64,000 bases of DNA, taken from an uncultured Phycisphaerales bacterium. Lineage in GTDB: Bacteria > Planctomycetota > Phycisphaerae > Sedimentisphaerales > Anaerobacaceae. Positions 49,982-60,827 of the stretch are shown here, in pieces. Position numbers and translations under genes: made by a program. The DNA is taken from NCBI GenBank assembly GCA_963718665.1, contig OY970359.1, forward strand, positions 2,304,001 to 2,368,000, read 5' to 3'. Positions within the stretch are counted from its first letter, which is position 1. The number at the start of each line of letters is the position of its first letter. Below the pieces are notes generated by a model, which saw only the letters and a program-made list of their open reading frames with translations, did no database searches and was not told where the DNA came from.

Positions 49982-50001
49982 GTATTTGGAAAGGATACGT
50001 A

Positions 50002-51174
50002 TTATTTGGGCAACTGGTCCTCAGTCATCTCGCGCACCGTCAGGTCCGCGTATATGACGCGATACATCTGGCTGCCGGCAGGGCGATACCAGAATATCGG
50101 CATATCAGGGGTATTTATCTTCACACCGTTACCCGCATACCGCCACTTGCTCTCCTCTCTGGGCAGTTTGGCCACGAAAAGCAATGCATTGAACATCTGT
50201 TGAGGATTAGCCTTGTCCCACGTAGAGCCTTTGAGCTTGCCCTGTTTGGCCATTTCCATACAGACCTTGGCAAGCTCCGGTCCGGCTACCATCGGTGGGA
50301 AGGTCTCATCGGTATTTCCATTGGCCCACCATCCCAGGAAAGCGACAAATATCTCTTCCGTCTGGAGAGCATCATCGGCTTTCATCTCGGCGCCCATCGG
50401 CTTGTATCCTGCCGGAGGTGTCAAACTGAACAGCGAATCCTCCAGTTCAACATCGAATCTGATATTCTTTATTATCGTGTTCATGCCCGGGGCGCTGGCG
50501 TACTTGTGTTCCACTTGCACAAGGTCGCCGGATTTTGCGTCCAGCCAGATTATCGAGGTCAGGTCGCCTTGTGTCACTCTGTATCCTTCGCAGTCAATGC
50601 CGTCTATCTCCTTTGCTCCGAGGTTCTCATCCGCCTTTGCCGGCAGGTTCCTCATCGCCTCGAAAGATGCGAAGGGTCCGGAGTTACCTGTTGGCTTGAG
50701 GCTGTTTAAGTCGCCGATGGAATACCCGCCTTGCGGCACAATGGACATCGCCTTGCCGCTGTTGGCATCCAATATCACAACGTAACCGTCGATCGTTGTC
50801 GTTCGCAGGAAACCTGGCTCTTTGTATGCCACGTCCACTTTAATCGTTTCGCCAGTGCCGGTGTTGGCCTGCTTTATTACCGTGTATACTACCGTGCGGG
50901 CATTCTTTATCTCCTGCACAATCTGGGCATAGGCGTTGGTTCCTGTCAAAAAGTGAACGCATAACAGGCCGGCGACAACAATGACCGCCGCTGCCAATTT
51001 TGTTATTCTGCTCTTCATAATAATTCTCCATATATTCGCCTTCTCGTAAGGCGTTGGGATTCCTGTTTGTTCGTGTGCTTTCATTGCGTCGTCTAAAATC
51101 TGTTTTCGCAATTCGGCACCGGCTGAAAAATTCATTTTTTTTACTGAACTTTCTATCTTTTCTGACGGCCTCAT
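50002..51174 (-). CDS. Putative anti-sigma factor with TM and LolA-like periplasmic domain
   Basis: IWRIIMKSRITKLAAAVI TM anchor; LG.KEIDG, IW.D...G.LV, LFSLTPPAGY; overlaps the ECF stop. Confidence 0.65.
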   Translation of the reverse strand: MRPSEKIESSVKKMNFSAGAELRKQILDDAMKAHEQTGIPTPYEKANIWRIIMKSRITKLAAAVIVVAGLLCVHFLTGTNAYAQIVQEIKNARTVVYTVIKQANTGTGETIKVDVAYKEPGFLRTTTIDGYVVILDANSGKAMSIVPQGGYSIGDLNSLKPTGNSGPFASFEAMRNLPAKADENLGAKEIDGIDCEGYRVTQGDLTSIIWLDAKSGDLVQVEHKYASAPGMNTIIKNIRFDVELEDSLFSLTPPAGYKPMGAEMKADDALQTEEIFVAFLGWWANGNTDETFPPMVAGPELAKVCMEMAKQGKLKGSTWDKANPQQMFNALLFVAKLPREESKWRYAGNGVKINTPDMPIFWYRPAGSQMYRVIYADLTVREMTEDQLPK

Positions 51175-51710
51175 TTTTGCACCTCATCATTCAATATTGA
51201 CCGCAGTTTATCTAATCCGTATCGATATCGACCTTGAACGGTATTGATTGACACGCTCTGCAGAGCCGCTATTTCCCTGAATTTCATCCCGCCTTTCAAA
51301 TGCAGGACCACCGTCTCACGTTGTTCGTATGGCAGTTCCGCCAGAGCCCTGTTCAGCCAGTGCGATACCTCGTCGCTTATGACTGCCTGTTCAGGGCAGT
51401 CCGACTCACCAATCAAAGCATCTTCCTTTAATTCGACCGGCTGATGTCCGGCCCTGCGAATCTGGTCGCGTGCCTGATTTACTACACAAGTTGTCAAATA
51501 GCTCTTAAGGTTTCCCTGTTGGCCGAAACCCTGCCAGGAGGCCGCGAATCGAACAAATACGTCGTGCACGATGTCCTGGGCTGTATTGAAGTCGTTGGCA
51601 AACCCCACTGCCAAAGTCAGCAGATAGTCGAGATACTTCTCGTATATGCGGCAAAGCGCCTCCTTGCTGCCTTGCCTGAAACGCCATTTCAATATTTCAT
51701 CTTCTATCAT
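51171..51710 (-). CDS. ECF sigma-70 factor
   Basis: AQDIVHDVF, LPYEQRE.V.L...GMKFREIA....SINTV.GRYRYG. Confidence 0.92.
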   Translation of the reverse strand: MIEDEILKWRFRQGSKEALCRIYEKYLDYLLTLAVGFANDFNTAQDIVHDVFVRFAASWQGFGQQGNLKSYLTTCVVNQARDQIRRAGHQPVELKEDALIGESDCPEQAVISDEVSHWLNRALAELPYEQRETVVLHLKGGMKFREIAALQSVSINTVQGRYRYGLDKLRSILNDEVQK

Positions 51711-51810
51711 CTGGTTCCGGTCTAAACCTTTTTAACGGCCGTCATTCACTAATAACACGGTTGCACTATATGTTTTAGTATAGGCAAAATAACATTTTTA
51801 GGAAGCGCAT

Positions 51811-51843
51811 AAAAAAAACGCCGTCGGGTATTCACTCGACGGC
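51811..51843 (-). terminator. Intrinsic terminator
   Basis: GCCGTCGGGT/ACTCGACGGC stem with an A8 tract (T8 on the minus strand). Confidence 0.7.
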
Positions 51844-51868
51844 ATGTGTATTTCAGCGGTTGCCTGAA

Positions 51869-53479
51869 TTATTTGACCTGGTAATCCTTGGCTGGTATCA
51901 GCGAATTGGTAAGACCGTCCAATTCCTCTTTCGTCAACTGCCCGTTTACTGCGATTATCAGAATCGTTCCGGAAGGCGACTCAACGATATAGCCGCTGCG
52001 GTTCGCTGCCGGTTCGATACCGGAGCTGCGAAGCGTGAGGTCCGTCCACCATGCTACCGAACCAGCATTTGCCCATACCTTGTAACCATTCGGGTAAACC
52101 GTTTTCTCTACCGTCTTTCCACTCGCTTCTATCTGCTTGTTCATCGAAGCCATAAACTTGTTGTGCGTTTCGGATTGTGCAAGGATTACATGTCGATTGT
52201 CTTGTGCCTTGTAGATTATCACGAACATTCGCTTCGGTGCGCTCATTGTGTCAAGCACGTCCACAATAATCCGCTGCTGTGTCCAGTTCGGGTCGGTCGC
52301 GAATATATGCGTCTCGAATGAAGACCGCTCGACCATATCCCGCACGGAAATATTTGGGATTGCAGCATCGGAGGCAACCGTTACCGCGCTGGGTGTTTGA
52401 CCGGCCAGCTCTTTGTTGCTCAACTCGCCAAGGTTCCACGAAAACTCCGGTTTCTCAACCGACTCGCTTAGGACCCTTCGGACGATAACCTGCGGCTTTC
52501 CATTGGTGATATAATCTATCTCGGCGACAATCTCATCGCTCTGCCGGACCTTGAACAGGTAATATGTGTTCAGTTCGCCGGTATAGCTGGTAAAGCCGGC
52601 TTTATATACGGTTACTTTTGTCCCGTCTGCCAGAACATCGTTTGTAACCGCCTGCACCGGCTGCCGAAGGCATTTTTCATCGAGGCACTGCTGGACCCCT
52701 GCCGTCAAACCAAGAAATTCAGCCGGATTGTCCGGCGCCTTGAAATTCGCCGTGACGGCTTCACTCTTAACTTTTATCGTTCCGTTATCCATCGACTCGG
52801 ACTGATATACGAAGCTACCGTCGTAGGAGTTGGCGAAGATGATATTGCCGTCTGTTTCCATAACACGCGCGAAACGTCCCGTTGCAGAGTCATACCACGA
52901 GTCGTCCTGGATAGTATAGGCCTGCTGCGAACCTTCAGAGAGCTTAATCCGGTTCGTCCCGGTCCACCCGTTGGCCTGCAGCGAAGATATCGGCAGCCAG
53001 GTTACCATCCACTGCCCCAGTATTTCATGATTTATTTTGTTTACTTCTTCGGCGGACTTCTTTGTATCGCCCAGCTTTTCGATAAGTTCCGCCCCTTTGT
53101 TGCTGGTCGGATAAACCGTAATCTCGCTGACTAAATGCACAATCCCGGTTTTGGCAAACAGCGACTTTTCCGCTGCCTGCGCCTTTGCCAGTAATTCCAG
53201 GGATGTTATTGGTGCCGTTACATCATGGTGAAATATCGCCCAGCTTGCAATTCCCACGACAGCTATTACTGCTGCCGCCGCTATTAATCTCATTGATCTG
53301 TTTTGCATAATCGCTCTCCAAACCCCGGTTTGACGGGATTGTTTTTCCTGTTGCCATTGGCGTCGTGCAAAAGCAGCCAGCAGTTCCTGTTCGAGCTTAT
53401 CTCTGTGACGGTAATCCGGTTTGTCGTCGAATGTCATCTTGTTCATAAGTTCTTCAAATTTTCTTTCATTAGGATTCAT
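51869..53479 (-). CDS. Putative anti-sigma factor, TM plus large periplasmic domain
   Basis: WRAIMQNR..RLIAAAAVI TM motif as in 50002..51174; overlaps the ECF stop. Confidence 0.6.
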   Translation of the reverse strand: MNPNERKFEELMNKMTFDDKPDYRHRDKLEQELLAAFARRQWQQEKQSRQTGVWRAIMQNRSMRLIAAAAVIAVVGIASWAIFHHDVTAPITSLELLAKAQAAEKSLFAKTGIVHLVSEITVYPTSNKGAELIEKLGDTKKSAEEVNKINHEILGQWMVTWLPISSLQANGWTGTNRIKLSEGSQQAYTIQDDSWYDSATGRFARVMETDGNIIFANSYDGSFVYQSESMDNGTIKVKSEAVTANFKAPDNPAEFLGLTAGVQQCLDEKCLRQPVQAVTNDVLADGTKVTVYKAGFTSYTGELNTYYLFKVRQSDEIVAEIDYITNGKPQVIVRRVLSESVEKPEFSWNLGELSNKELAGQTPSAVTVASDAAIPNISVRDMVERSSFETHIFATDPNWTQQRIIVDVLDTMSAPKRMFVIIYKAQDNRHVILAQSETHNKFMASMNKQIEASGKTVEKTVYPNGYKVWANAGSVAWWTDLTLRSSGIEPAANRSGYIVESPSGTILIIAVNGQLTKEELDGLTNSLIPAKDYQVK

Positions 53480-54108
53480 AGTGTCACCTCCTGCCCGTCA
53501 ATTTGGGCTGAAGAGATATGCTTTCGCAGTTTTTCCATTGCCCGCGATAACTGACTGCGGACCGTGCCGGCGCTTGTGCCGACTACCTCGGCGATTTCCT
53601 CTGTTTTCATGTTCTCAAAAAAACGCATTGTGACGATAGCTTGTTCTTCCGGCTTTAGCGTGAGCAACGCCTTTTTGATGACGGCCTGATTACCCTGCGA
53701 CTCGTCAGCCGCAGTGACCTCATCGACACTGTTTTTACTCGACCCCCACCGTACCCAGGTCAATATTGCGCTTCGGCGGGTGGTCTTTCTCAAGTGTTCG
53801 TTGACGGCGTTCGTCGCTATCCGGTAAAGCCAGTTCCGGAATTGTTTCTCGTTGCCGTCAAATGTCTGGAAGTTCTCCACCATTTTCAGGAAAACTTCCG
53901 ACGTGATGTCCTCTGCAGTGGTTCTCTCAAAGAGCCGGTGTGCACAATACCTGAAAATAGCGTCGTAGTGACGTAAATATAACCTTGTGAAGGCCCCGGG
54001 GTCACTTTTCGCCTGCGTCATCGGGTCCGGCTCGAAGCTAAAACCACTGAGTTCACTTATACCCATCATTTTGCTCTCTAAATCGAATTGTAAATTTCTT
54101 GCTATCAT
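53476..54108 (-). CDS. ECF sigma-70 factor (start uncertain)
   Basis: AEDITSEVF, WLYRIATN, EEIAEVVG.S.GTVRSQLSRA. Confidence 0.92.
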   Translation of the reverse strand: MIARNLQFDLESKMMGISELSGFSFEPDPMTQAKSDPGAFTRLYLRHYDAIFRYCAHRLFERTTAEDITSEVFLKMVENFQTFDGNEKQFRNWLYRIATNAVNEHLRKTTRRSAILTWVRWGSSKNSVDEVTAADESQGNQAVIKKALLTLKPEEQAIVTMRFFENMKTEEIAEVVGTSAGTVRSQLSRAMEKLRKHISSAQIDGQEVTL

Positions 54109-54210
54109 CGCAATTATAAATGCGCGGCTGCCTAAAACGCGGCAGTATTTTTTTTTGAAATCTAATAGTCTCCGGAGAAATAGGGGCGTAAGTGCTTATA
54201 TGGCAGGGGG

Positions 54211-54942
54211 TTATAGCTGTGCTTCGAGGTCAATTATTTTCGCTGTCGATATCCTTTTTTTTATGATTTCACCTGCCAAATCGACCCATTTGCCGCATTC
54301 ATCCAAAACGACGCTGTCACTGCTTGCGACTATTTTTCCGCCTTTTATCAACACTGCATCCGGGCTTGTAACAAGGTCTATTTCCCATTTCCAGTTGCTC
54401 TTTTCCGCAAGTTCACGAAGAAGAGTTTTTAATCGTCCGCTGTTTGAAACAGGGCTATCCAACAGCCATAATGCTTCGCTGATGCCGGTTTGTTGCAGAA
54501 ATCCGCCTATAAGTTCGATGGCGGGTAGCGTCTCGCTGACCTTGCGATATGTCCCGTGAATGCTCGCCAAATCCCTGCAGCACCCGTCCCGCCCTCTGAA
54601 AATCAGCCCGCCGCTCATTGCCGCTTCAATCGTTATCAAAACATTATACCCGTCAATCGCGATTACTTGCGCCGCAATCTTGCTGATTTCAAGTTGTCGG
54701 CTCTTGCGGCTTGCCCGCTGCTCATCCGAGCACGCACTTCGCATCATCGCTAATCGCTGTCTCTCGGTCAGTGTGAATCGGTCGCCCACAAGCTTCAGCG
54801 AACTTTTTTCAGCGTACCCCTTGTTCAGCAAAAGCGAATAATCCGCGACCGCGCATCGAATGTTAGGTATCCTGTCAGCCGCAAACAGCGTTGCGTCGGA
54901 AGGGTGCTGTCCCCTGTGTGCCCGTTTGTCAGGCATAAACAC
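54211..54942 (-). CDS. DUF434-domain protein (PIN/NYN-like C-terminus)
   Basis: HRG.HP.D, GY....LKLVGDR..L..RQR, IDGYNVLIT, D...RDLA, LDSPVSNSG. Confidence 0.75.
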   Translation of the reverse strand: MFMPDKRAHRGQHPSDATLFAADRIPNIRCAVADYSLLLNKGYAEKSSLKLVGDRFTLTERQRLAMMRSACSDEQRASRKSRQLEISKIAAQVIAIDGYNVLITIEAAMSGGLIFRGRDGCCRDLASIHGTYRKVSETLPAIELIGGFLQQTGISEALWLLDSPVSNSGRLKTLLRELAEKSNWKWEIDLVTSPDAVLIKGGKIVASSDSVVLDECGKWVDLAGEIIKKRISTAKIIDLEAQL

Positions 54943-54972
54943 ATTTCCTGTTTTATGCTGATTCTGTTTTTA

Positions 54973-57036
54973 TTATTTTGGCTTATCTTCCTGAAGTTGT
55001 TTGGCTTTTTCGAAGCACAAATTCGCATCCTTGGTATTGTTTATCGCCGAATACACCTGGCCAAGATGTGAATACGTCTGTGCCGAATCGCCATTTTCTG
55101 ACAGGTCCGCCCGCAGCAGCTTTATAGATTCCTCGAATTGTCTCGAAGCCCCTTCGTTGTTGCTGGTTTTGTTCAAAGCAATCCCAAGATAGTAATGAAG
55201 CATTGCCGTTAGGGGCTTGTTTGACTTTATGTCATTTTCCGCCAGCACCGAATCCAGCGCTCTGACGGCTTCCTGCCACTTATTGTGGTCTGCTAAAATC
55301 TTCCACATCGAAAAATTTGCTTTCGCCGACAGCGCGGGGCAAAGTTTAATCGCCATTCGATATCTTTCGACGGCTTCTTCCCATTTGCCGGTCTCGTTCA
55401 GTTTTTCTGCCTTCGTGATATACCTATCAGCTATTGATACTGCTGATGTCGCTCGAACAACGGGCGTCATAAGATTTTCTACGGGGGCATAATCGTCATT
55501 AAGAGCAATCCAGTCCGCTTTTTCCCCGAACGCAGCAAGGTCATTTTCATCACGTATTATCAGTTCTGCGTCCGCAAGGTTCTCTTCTGTATTAATTTTT
55601 TCAAGATTTAGCGGTCTTTTACTCGCTATCACTATGAAATTAGCCGGCAAATCATAGTCGCTCTGTCTGGTCACCACGTAAATATACGGGAAGGTCTCCT
55701 TTATGGTCTCTACGAAACTGGCGACAACTTTACCTCCTTCGTGCATATCAATTATATTCGTCAGATACACGCCGTCCGCCGCCAGTATATCGGAAATTTT
55801 TTCGTTGAACTGCCGCGTTATTAATTGGAAAGGCACCGACAAATCGCTGAACGCGTCCATATACACAAAATCATATTGCGGTATCTCTTGACCCAGGCGT
55901 TTCTTTTCCAGCAATTTGTCAACGTAGTTGCGGCCATCAAGGTTAATCGTCCGGATAGGCGTATCGCGAGGCAGTCCGAACGCTCGTATCGCCGTCTCGG
56001 TTACCGTCGGGTCTATTTCCGCCACGTCCACGCTGCTGCCGGGCCATAAGTCCAGGATGTATCGCGGGAAAACATATCCGCCGCCTCCTATCGACAGCGT
56101 GCAAAGTTTTTCTTTCCCGGCTGCGGCCCTGCGGGTTACTGCCCCGTAAACCCGAACATAGAAAAACCGCAGGTCGCGAATCTTATCCATTATTATCTGG
56201 CTATGACTTTTAATGTTGTCTATGACAAACTGTCGCTCATCCGGCTGCTTACGCAGTTGTTGAACCGCTACATAGCTGTATTGGCTCTCGGTTTCATACA
56301 GCGTATCCGGCTCTCGCGGCTGCCTCAGTGAAATTGCCGAGCCGATATATTGTGCCTGTTTCAAATTTATTGTTCCTGCCGCCGCCAGAAAAACAACCAT
56401 AACGGAATACATATACATCCACACGGCTCTCGGCTGGTATATCAGGGCGATTACCAGCAGGATTCCTGCCGTTACCCACAGCGTATCGACAGTCCCGATT
56501 GTCCCGATAAGCCAGAAGCCCGCGAGGAATGTCCCAAGTATGCTCCCGGCCGCGCCAAGCGCATACATCCTGCCCACTGTCCGCCCGCTGTCCTGCCTTG
56601 ATTGCAGCGCCATCTTCACCGCCAGGGGACTGACAGCGCCCATAAGCATCGATGGAATAAAAAACACAATCGCGATATGGCACAGCACTCGTTGCGCCAT
56701 TTCCATACGCCACAAAAAAGTCCACCCGCCCATAAGATTGTTCAGGATTATGGCGGCGATACAGGCCCCCGATGATGCCGCGAGCAGCAGGCCTACGGTT
56801 TTTCTTGTCGCAAATGAATCCGCCAGCCGGCCGCCAAGATAATACCCGAGCGTAATTCCCCCGAGTATAACGCCTATAACAGCCGTCCACGTGTAAAGCG
56901 ACGAGCCGATATGTCTCGCCGCCAGCCGGCCCGCGACAATCTCTGTCATCATAACGCAGGCGCTTGCTAAAAATATCGTCGCTCCCGGTACGGCGCTCGA
57001 TGTAAATGCCCTTTGTTTTGTATTCGCTTCGTTCAT
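54973..57036 (-). CDS. Fused MFS-like membrane domain / spermidine synthase with C-terminal TPR
   Basis: TM region (GSSLYTWT, GSILGTF), IGGGGY.FP, EIDP, DGR, DAF, DDYAPVE; TPR-like tail. Confidence 0.85.
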   Translation of the reverse strand: MNEANTKQRAFTSSAVPGATIFLASACVMMTEIVAGRLAARHIGSSLYTWTAVIGVILGGITLGYYLGGRLADSFATRKTVGLLLAASSGACIAAIILNNLMGGWTFLWRMEMAQRVLCHIAIVFFIPSMLMGAVSPLAVKMALQSRQDSGRTVGRMYALGAAGSILGTFLAGFWLIGTIGTVDTLWVTAGILLVIALIYQPRAVWMYMYSVMVVFLAAAGTINLKQAQYIGSAISLRQPREPDTLYETESQYSYVAVQQLRKQPDERQFVIDNIKSHSQIIMDKIRDLRFFYVRVYGAVTRRAAAGKEKLCTLSIGGGGYVFPRYILDLWPGSSVDVAEIDPTVTETAIRAFGLPRDTPIRTINLDGRNYVDKLLEKKRLGQEIPQYDFVYMDAFSDLSVPFQLITRQFNEKISDILAADGVYLTNIIDMHEGGKVVASFVETIKETFPYIYVVTRQSDYDLPANFIVIASKRPLNLEKINTEENLADAELIIRDENDLAAFGEKADWIALNDDYAPVENLMTPVVRATSAVSIADRYITKAEKLNETGKWEEAVERYRMAIKLCPALSAKANFSMWKILADHNKWQEAVRALDSVLAENDIKSNKPLTAMLHYYLGIALNKTSNNEGASRQFEESIKLLRADLSENGDSAQTYSHLGQVYSAINNTKDANLCFEKAKQLQEDKPK

Positions 57037-57103
57037 CTGGACGGTGGCTTATTATTCCCTGTGCCTTTTCGTTAAGGTTGCTTATCAATCCGTTAGCCGT
57101 TAC

Positions 57104-57135
57104 AATTATCATTTATCGATTATCAATAATCAATG
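57104..57135. repeat. 7-bp period tandem repeat
   Basis: aattatc atttatc gattatc aataatc aatg; shares 17 identical nt with 16240-16256. Confidence 0.7.
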
Positions 57136-57155
57136 CGTTATTTCAGAAAGACACG

Positions 57156-58016
57156 ATGCCGAGCCATAACTTAGCGAAGATTACGATAGATGACCTGGAT
57201 ATAATCGGCTATTCGATTGCCGGCGAAGAAACCGTTGTCGCTATGCCTCAGCTCGACGTCTGCTTCGATATCGGCAAGGCCCCAGACCAGATTATACCAA
57301 TAAATCACGTTCTGCTCACCCACGGCCACATGGACCACGCCGCCGGTATCGCTTATTACCTCTCTCATCGCAATTTCTGCGGACAAGCTGCCGGCACAAT
57401 TGTCGCCCCAGAAAATCTCCTGCCTCCCATTAAAGACATCATCGACGCGTGGGCTCGCCTTGACGGCAACAACCTTCCCGCCAATCTCGTAGGCGTTAAG
57501 CCAGGCGACGAGTTCCAGATAAAACCGAACCTGGTCGCCCGCGTATTCCCCACAAAGCACAGCAGGGGATCTGTCGGTTTCACCGTAATAGAAAAACGAA
57601 AAAAAATAAAACAGGAATTTGCCAATCTCTCAGGCCCGCAGATTGTCGAATTGAAAAAGCAGGGCGTGGAAATCGATAATCCCCTTGAAATCCCGATTGT
57701 AACTTACCTCGGCGACACACAGTACGTCGATTTCTCACAACTTAAATACATTGCCGAAAGCAAAATTCTAATCGCCGAATGTACTTTTTACGTTGACGAA
57801 CACGCCGACAGGGCTCACGCCGGCAGACATATGCACATCGATGAATTTGTGAAATTGGTTACTGAGCTTAACAACCAGCATATAATCATCACACACACCA
57901 CCCAGCGAACGCCTATGAGCCAGATTCGCAAAATACTCAAAAGCCAGATACCCGCAGACCGCTTCGACAGAATCATCCTCCTGATGGACAGTGGAAAAAA
58001 CAGAACTGTCTCATAG
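57156..58016 (+). CDS. Metallo-beta-lactamase-fold nuclease, RNase Z-like
   Basis: THGHMDH, YLGDT, ECTF, HMH, TH motifs; exosite-like G.QI..LK..G. Confidence 0.8.
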   Translation: MPSHNLAKITIDDLDIIGYSIAGEETVVAMPQLDVCFDIGKAPDQIIPINHVLLTHGHMDHAAGIAYYLSHRNFCGQAAGTIVAPENLLPPIKDIIDAWARLDGNNLPANLVGVKPGDEFQIKPNLVARVFPTKHSRGSVGFTVIEKRKKIKQEFANLSGPQIVELKKQGVEIDNPLEIPIVTYLGDTQYVDFSQLKYIAESKILIAECTFYVDEHADRAHAGRHMHIDEFVKLVTELNNQHIIITHTTQRTPMSQIRKILKSQIPADRFDRIILLMDSGKNRTVS

Positions 58017-58201
58017 TAATAATATCAGCCAACTGTTGCCTGTTTCTCACAGACCTGCTAAAAATCAGGCCTGCTATCGGAGAAAAAGGGGCAGGAGTCG
58101 TTTTTCTGTTTTGGGGCGTGATAAACGTTTTTTGCTTGCGTTATGAGCCGGTTTGGGTAGATTTTAGGGTGATAGTTAAATAATTTTCAGGAGGCCTGGT
58201 T

Positions 58202-58996
58202 ATGATAGGCAAAAGCGTTCGTTTAGAGAGAATAATCGACCGCAACAGCGGCAAGACAGTCATCATCCCGATGGACCACGGCGTGACTGTTGGTCCCATT
58301 AAAGGGCTTGTGAACCTGCGGGATGCAGTAAGTAAGGTTGTGGCGGGCGGCGCTAACGCGGTGCTGATGCACAAGGGGTCGCCCCGGTTTTGCCATCGCG
58401 GCAGCGGCAAGGACGTCGGGCTTATCATACACCTTTCCGCGGGCACGACCCTTAGCCCTGACCCCAATGCCAAAGAGCTTGCCTGCACGGTTGAGGAGGC
58501 GCTGAAACTCGGGGCAGACGGTGTATCGGTGCATATCAATCTCGGAGCGGATACCGACAAGGAAATGCTTAAGCAGCTCGGATACGTTGGGGAACGATGT
58601 ATGGAATGGCAGATGCCGCTCTTGGCGATGATGTACACACGCGGGCCGAAGATAAAAAACGAATATGATGTCAATAATACCAAGCACGCGGCAAGGGTGG
58701 CTGCGGAACTCGGCGCGGATATCGTCAAGGTGGTTTATACGGGCAGCCCGGAGAGTTTCGCAGAGGTGGTCGAGGGGTGTCATTTGCCTGTGCTGATTGC
58801 GGGCGGCGAGAAGATGGAGACAGACGAGCAGATTGTGAAAATGATAGAAGGGGCATTGAAGGCGGGAGCGGCGGGGCTGTCGATAGGACGTAACGTGTTC
58901 CAGCACAAGGACCCCACGAAAATAGTTTCAGTTTTCAGCAAAATGGTGCACAAAGGCCTCTCAACGGCTGATGCATTGAAGATGCTGAAAGAATAG
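58202..58996 (+). CDS. 2-amino-3,7-dideoxy-D-threo-hept-6-ulosonate synthase / class I aldolase (AroA'-like), copy 1
   Basis: [32 protein letters not shown]. Confidence 0.85.
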   Translation: MIGKSVRLERIIDRNSGKTVIIPMDHGVTVGPIKGLVNLRDAVSKVVAGGANAVLMHKGSPRFCHRGSGKDVGLIIHLSAGTTLSPDPNAKELACTVEEALKLGADGVSVHINLGADTDKEMLKQLGYVGERCMEWQMPLLAMMYTRGPKIKNEYDVNNTKHAARVAAELGADIVKVVYTGSPESFAEVVEGCHLPVLIAGGEKMETDEQIVKMIEGALKAGAAGLSIGRNVFQHKDPTKIVSVFSKMVHKGLSTADALKMLKE

Positions 58997-59029
58997 GGGA
59001 AAAGGGGTCAGGCCCCTGGAGATTTGATT

Positions 59030-59833
59030 ATGATAGGCAAGAAGATACGATTAGAAAGAATAATTGACCGCAACAGCGGCAAAACTGTAATTATCCCGAT
59101 GGATCACGGCGTGACCGTAGGACCTATTCCAGGCCTGGAAGATATGCGTGAGGCGGTAAGCAGCGTCGTGGCGGGCGGGGCAAACGCAATTTTGATGCAC
59201 AAGGGAATCGTGGGTGCGGGCCACCGGGGCACCGGCAAAGACGTGGGGCTGATTATTCACCTTTCGGGAGGCACAACGCTTAGCCCGGACCCAAATGCCA
59301 AAAAACTCGTCTGCACGGTTGAAGAGGCGATACAACTGGGGGCCGACGCGGTTTCGGTGCATATAAACCTGGGCGCTGAGACCGATAAGGATATGCTTGG
59401 CCAGCTCGGCTTTATTAGCAAAAGGTGTATGCAATGGCAGATGCCGCTTGTGGCGATGATGTACACACGCGGAGATAAGATTAAAAGTGAATTTGACGTT
59501 ACTTATGTTAAACACGCAGCCAGAGTCGGCGCGGAGTTGGGCGCTGATATAGTTAAAGTTCCCTATACCGGCAGTATTGCGAGTTTCAAAGAAGTCGTCA
59601 GGGGTTGCCCTGTGCCTGTTGTGATAGCGGGCGGGCCTAAGATGGAAAGCGATGAAGACATATTCAATATGGTTGAGGGGGCGTTGAAGGCCGGTGCTGC
59701 TGGGGTATCGATTGGCAGAAACGCCTTCCAGCACAAGCACCCTGAAAGAATGGTTGCCGCGTTGTGCAAAATGGTCCACGAAGGCGCAAGCGTCAAAGAA
59801 GCGATGAAAATGCTGCGGGTGAAATCGAAATGA
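59030..59833 (+). CDS. AroA'-like class I aldolase, copy 2
   Basis: Same motifs; close paralog of copy 1; overlaps the aroB' start. Confidence 0.85.
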   Translation: MIGKKIRLERIIDRNSGKTVIIPMDHGVTVGPIPGLEDMREAVSSVVAGGANAILMHKGIVGAGHRGTGKDVGLIIHLSGGTTLSPDPNAKKLVCTVEEAIQLGADAVSVHINLGAETDKDMLGQLGFISKRCMQWQMPLVAMMYTRGDKIKSEFDVTYVKHAARVGAELGADIVKVPYTGSIASFKEVVRGCPVPVVIAGGPKMESDEDIFNMVEGALKAGAAGVSIGRNAFQHKHPERMVAALCKMVHEGASVKEAMKMLRVKSK

Positions 59834-60825
59834 AAAAACTTTGGGTAAATGCGACACCGTATGAGAAGAAGATAGTAACGACCGCGTTGGAAAGCGGGGC
59901 GGAGGCGGTGGTGCTACCGGAAGGCAAAGCAGAGACGGTGCGGCAATTGGGCAAAATCAAAATCGTCGCTAAAGACGGCGATATCGTCCCCGGCAAAGAT
60001 GTTGAATTTGTCGATATAAAGGGCAAGGCAGACGAAGACAGGGCGGCGGCGGTTCCGGCAGAAAAAATAGTCGTATTGCGTATGCTGGACTGGACGATTA
60101 TCCCGATTGAAAACCTGCTTGCCAGACGCGGCAAGAACATAATGGTGCAGGTGGCCGACGGCAAACAGGCGAAACTGATGGCCGAGATACTGGAAAAGGG
60201 CGTTGACGGGGTTGTTTTGAATACGACGGACGTCAATGAGATTAAAAAGACGGCTGATATTTTGCAGGGTATAGGCGAAAAGATTGAGCTTGTAATCGCG
60301 ACGATAAAAACCGTCAAGCAACTTGGTATGGGCGACCGGGCGTGCCTTGATACCTGCACGCAGATGTCACCGGGCGAGGGAATGCTGGTGGGCAATACCG
60401 CATCGGGGTTCTTCTTAGTTCATTCGGAATCGATTGAGAATCCGTATGTCGCTGCCAGACCCTTCCGCGTAAATGCAGGCGCGGTTCACGCATATACGCT
60501 TGCGCCGGGCGGCGGCACAAAGTATCTTGCTGACCTCAAGGCGGGCGATGAGGTGTTGATTGTAGATTGCAAAGGCAAGGGGCAGGTGGCATATCTGGGC
60601 AGGAACAAGATTGAGAAACGCCCGATGATGCTTATCGAAGCCCAAGCCCAGGGCGTTTCGATAACGCTTGTATTACAGAATGCTGAGACGATTCGATTGG
60701 TCAGCCCTGAAGGTAACCCCATCTCGATTACCTCGCTAAAGCCGGGCGATAAGGTGTTTGCCCATATTGAAAAGGGCGGCAGGCACTTCGGTATGAAGGT
60801 TGACGAAACACTTATAGAGAGGTAA
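59830..60825 (+). CDS. 3-dehydroquinate synthase II (AroB')
   Basis: [44 protein letters not shown]. Confidence 0.92.
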   Translation: MKKLWVNATPYEKKIVTTALESGAEAVVLPEGKAETVRQLGKIKIVAKDGDIVPGKDVEFVDIKGKADEDRAAAVPAEKIVVLRMLDWTIIPIENLLARRGKNIMVQVADGKQAKLMAEILEKGVDGVVLNTTDVNEIKKTADILQGIGEKIELVIATIKTVKQLGMGDRACLDTCTQMSPGEGMLVGNTASGFFLVHSESIENPYVAARPFRVNAGAVHAYTLAPGGGTKYLADLKAGDEVLIVDCKGKGQVAYLGRNKIEKRPMMLIEAQAQGVSITLVLQNAETIRLVSPEGNPISITSLKPGDKVFAHIEKGGRHFGMKVDETLIER

Positions 60826-60827
60826 CT

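Noticed and set aside
58141..60395. Long antisense ORFs over aroA'/aroB' (and similar ones over hcp, pcrA and the esterase)
   Set aside because: Shadow frames of well-supported genes with no recognisable motifs.
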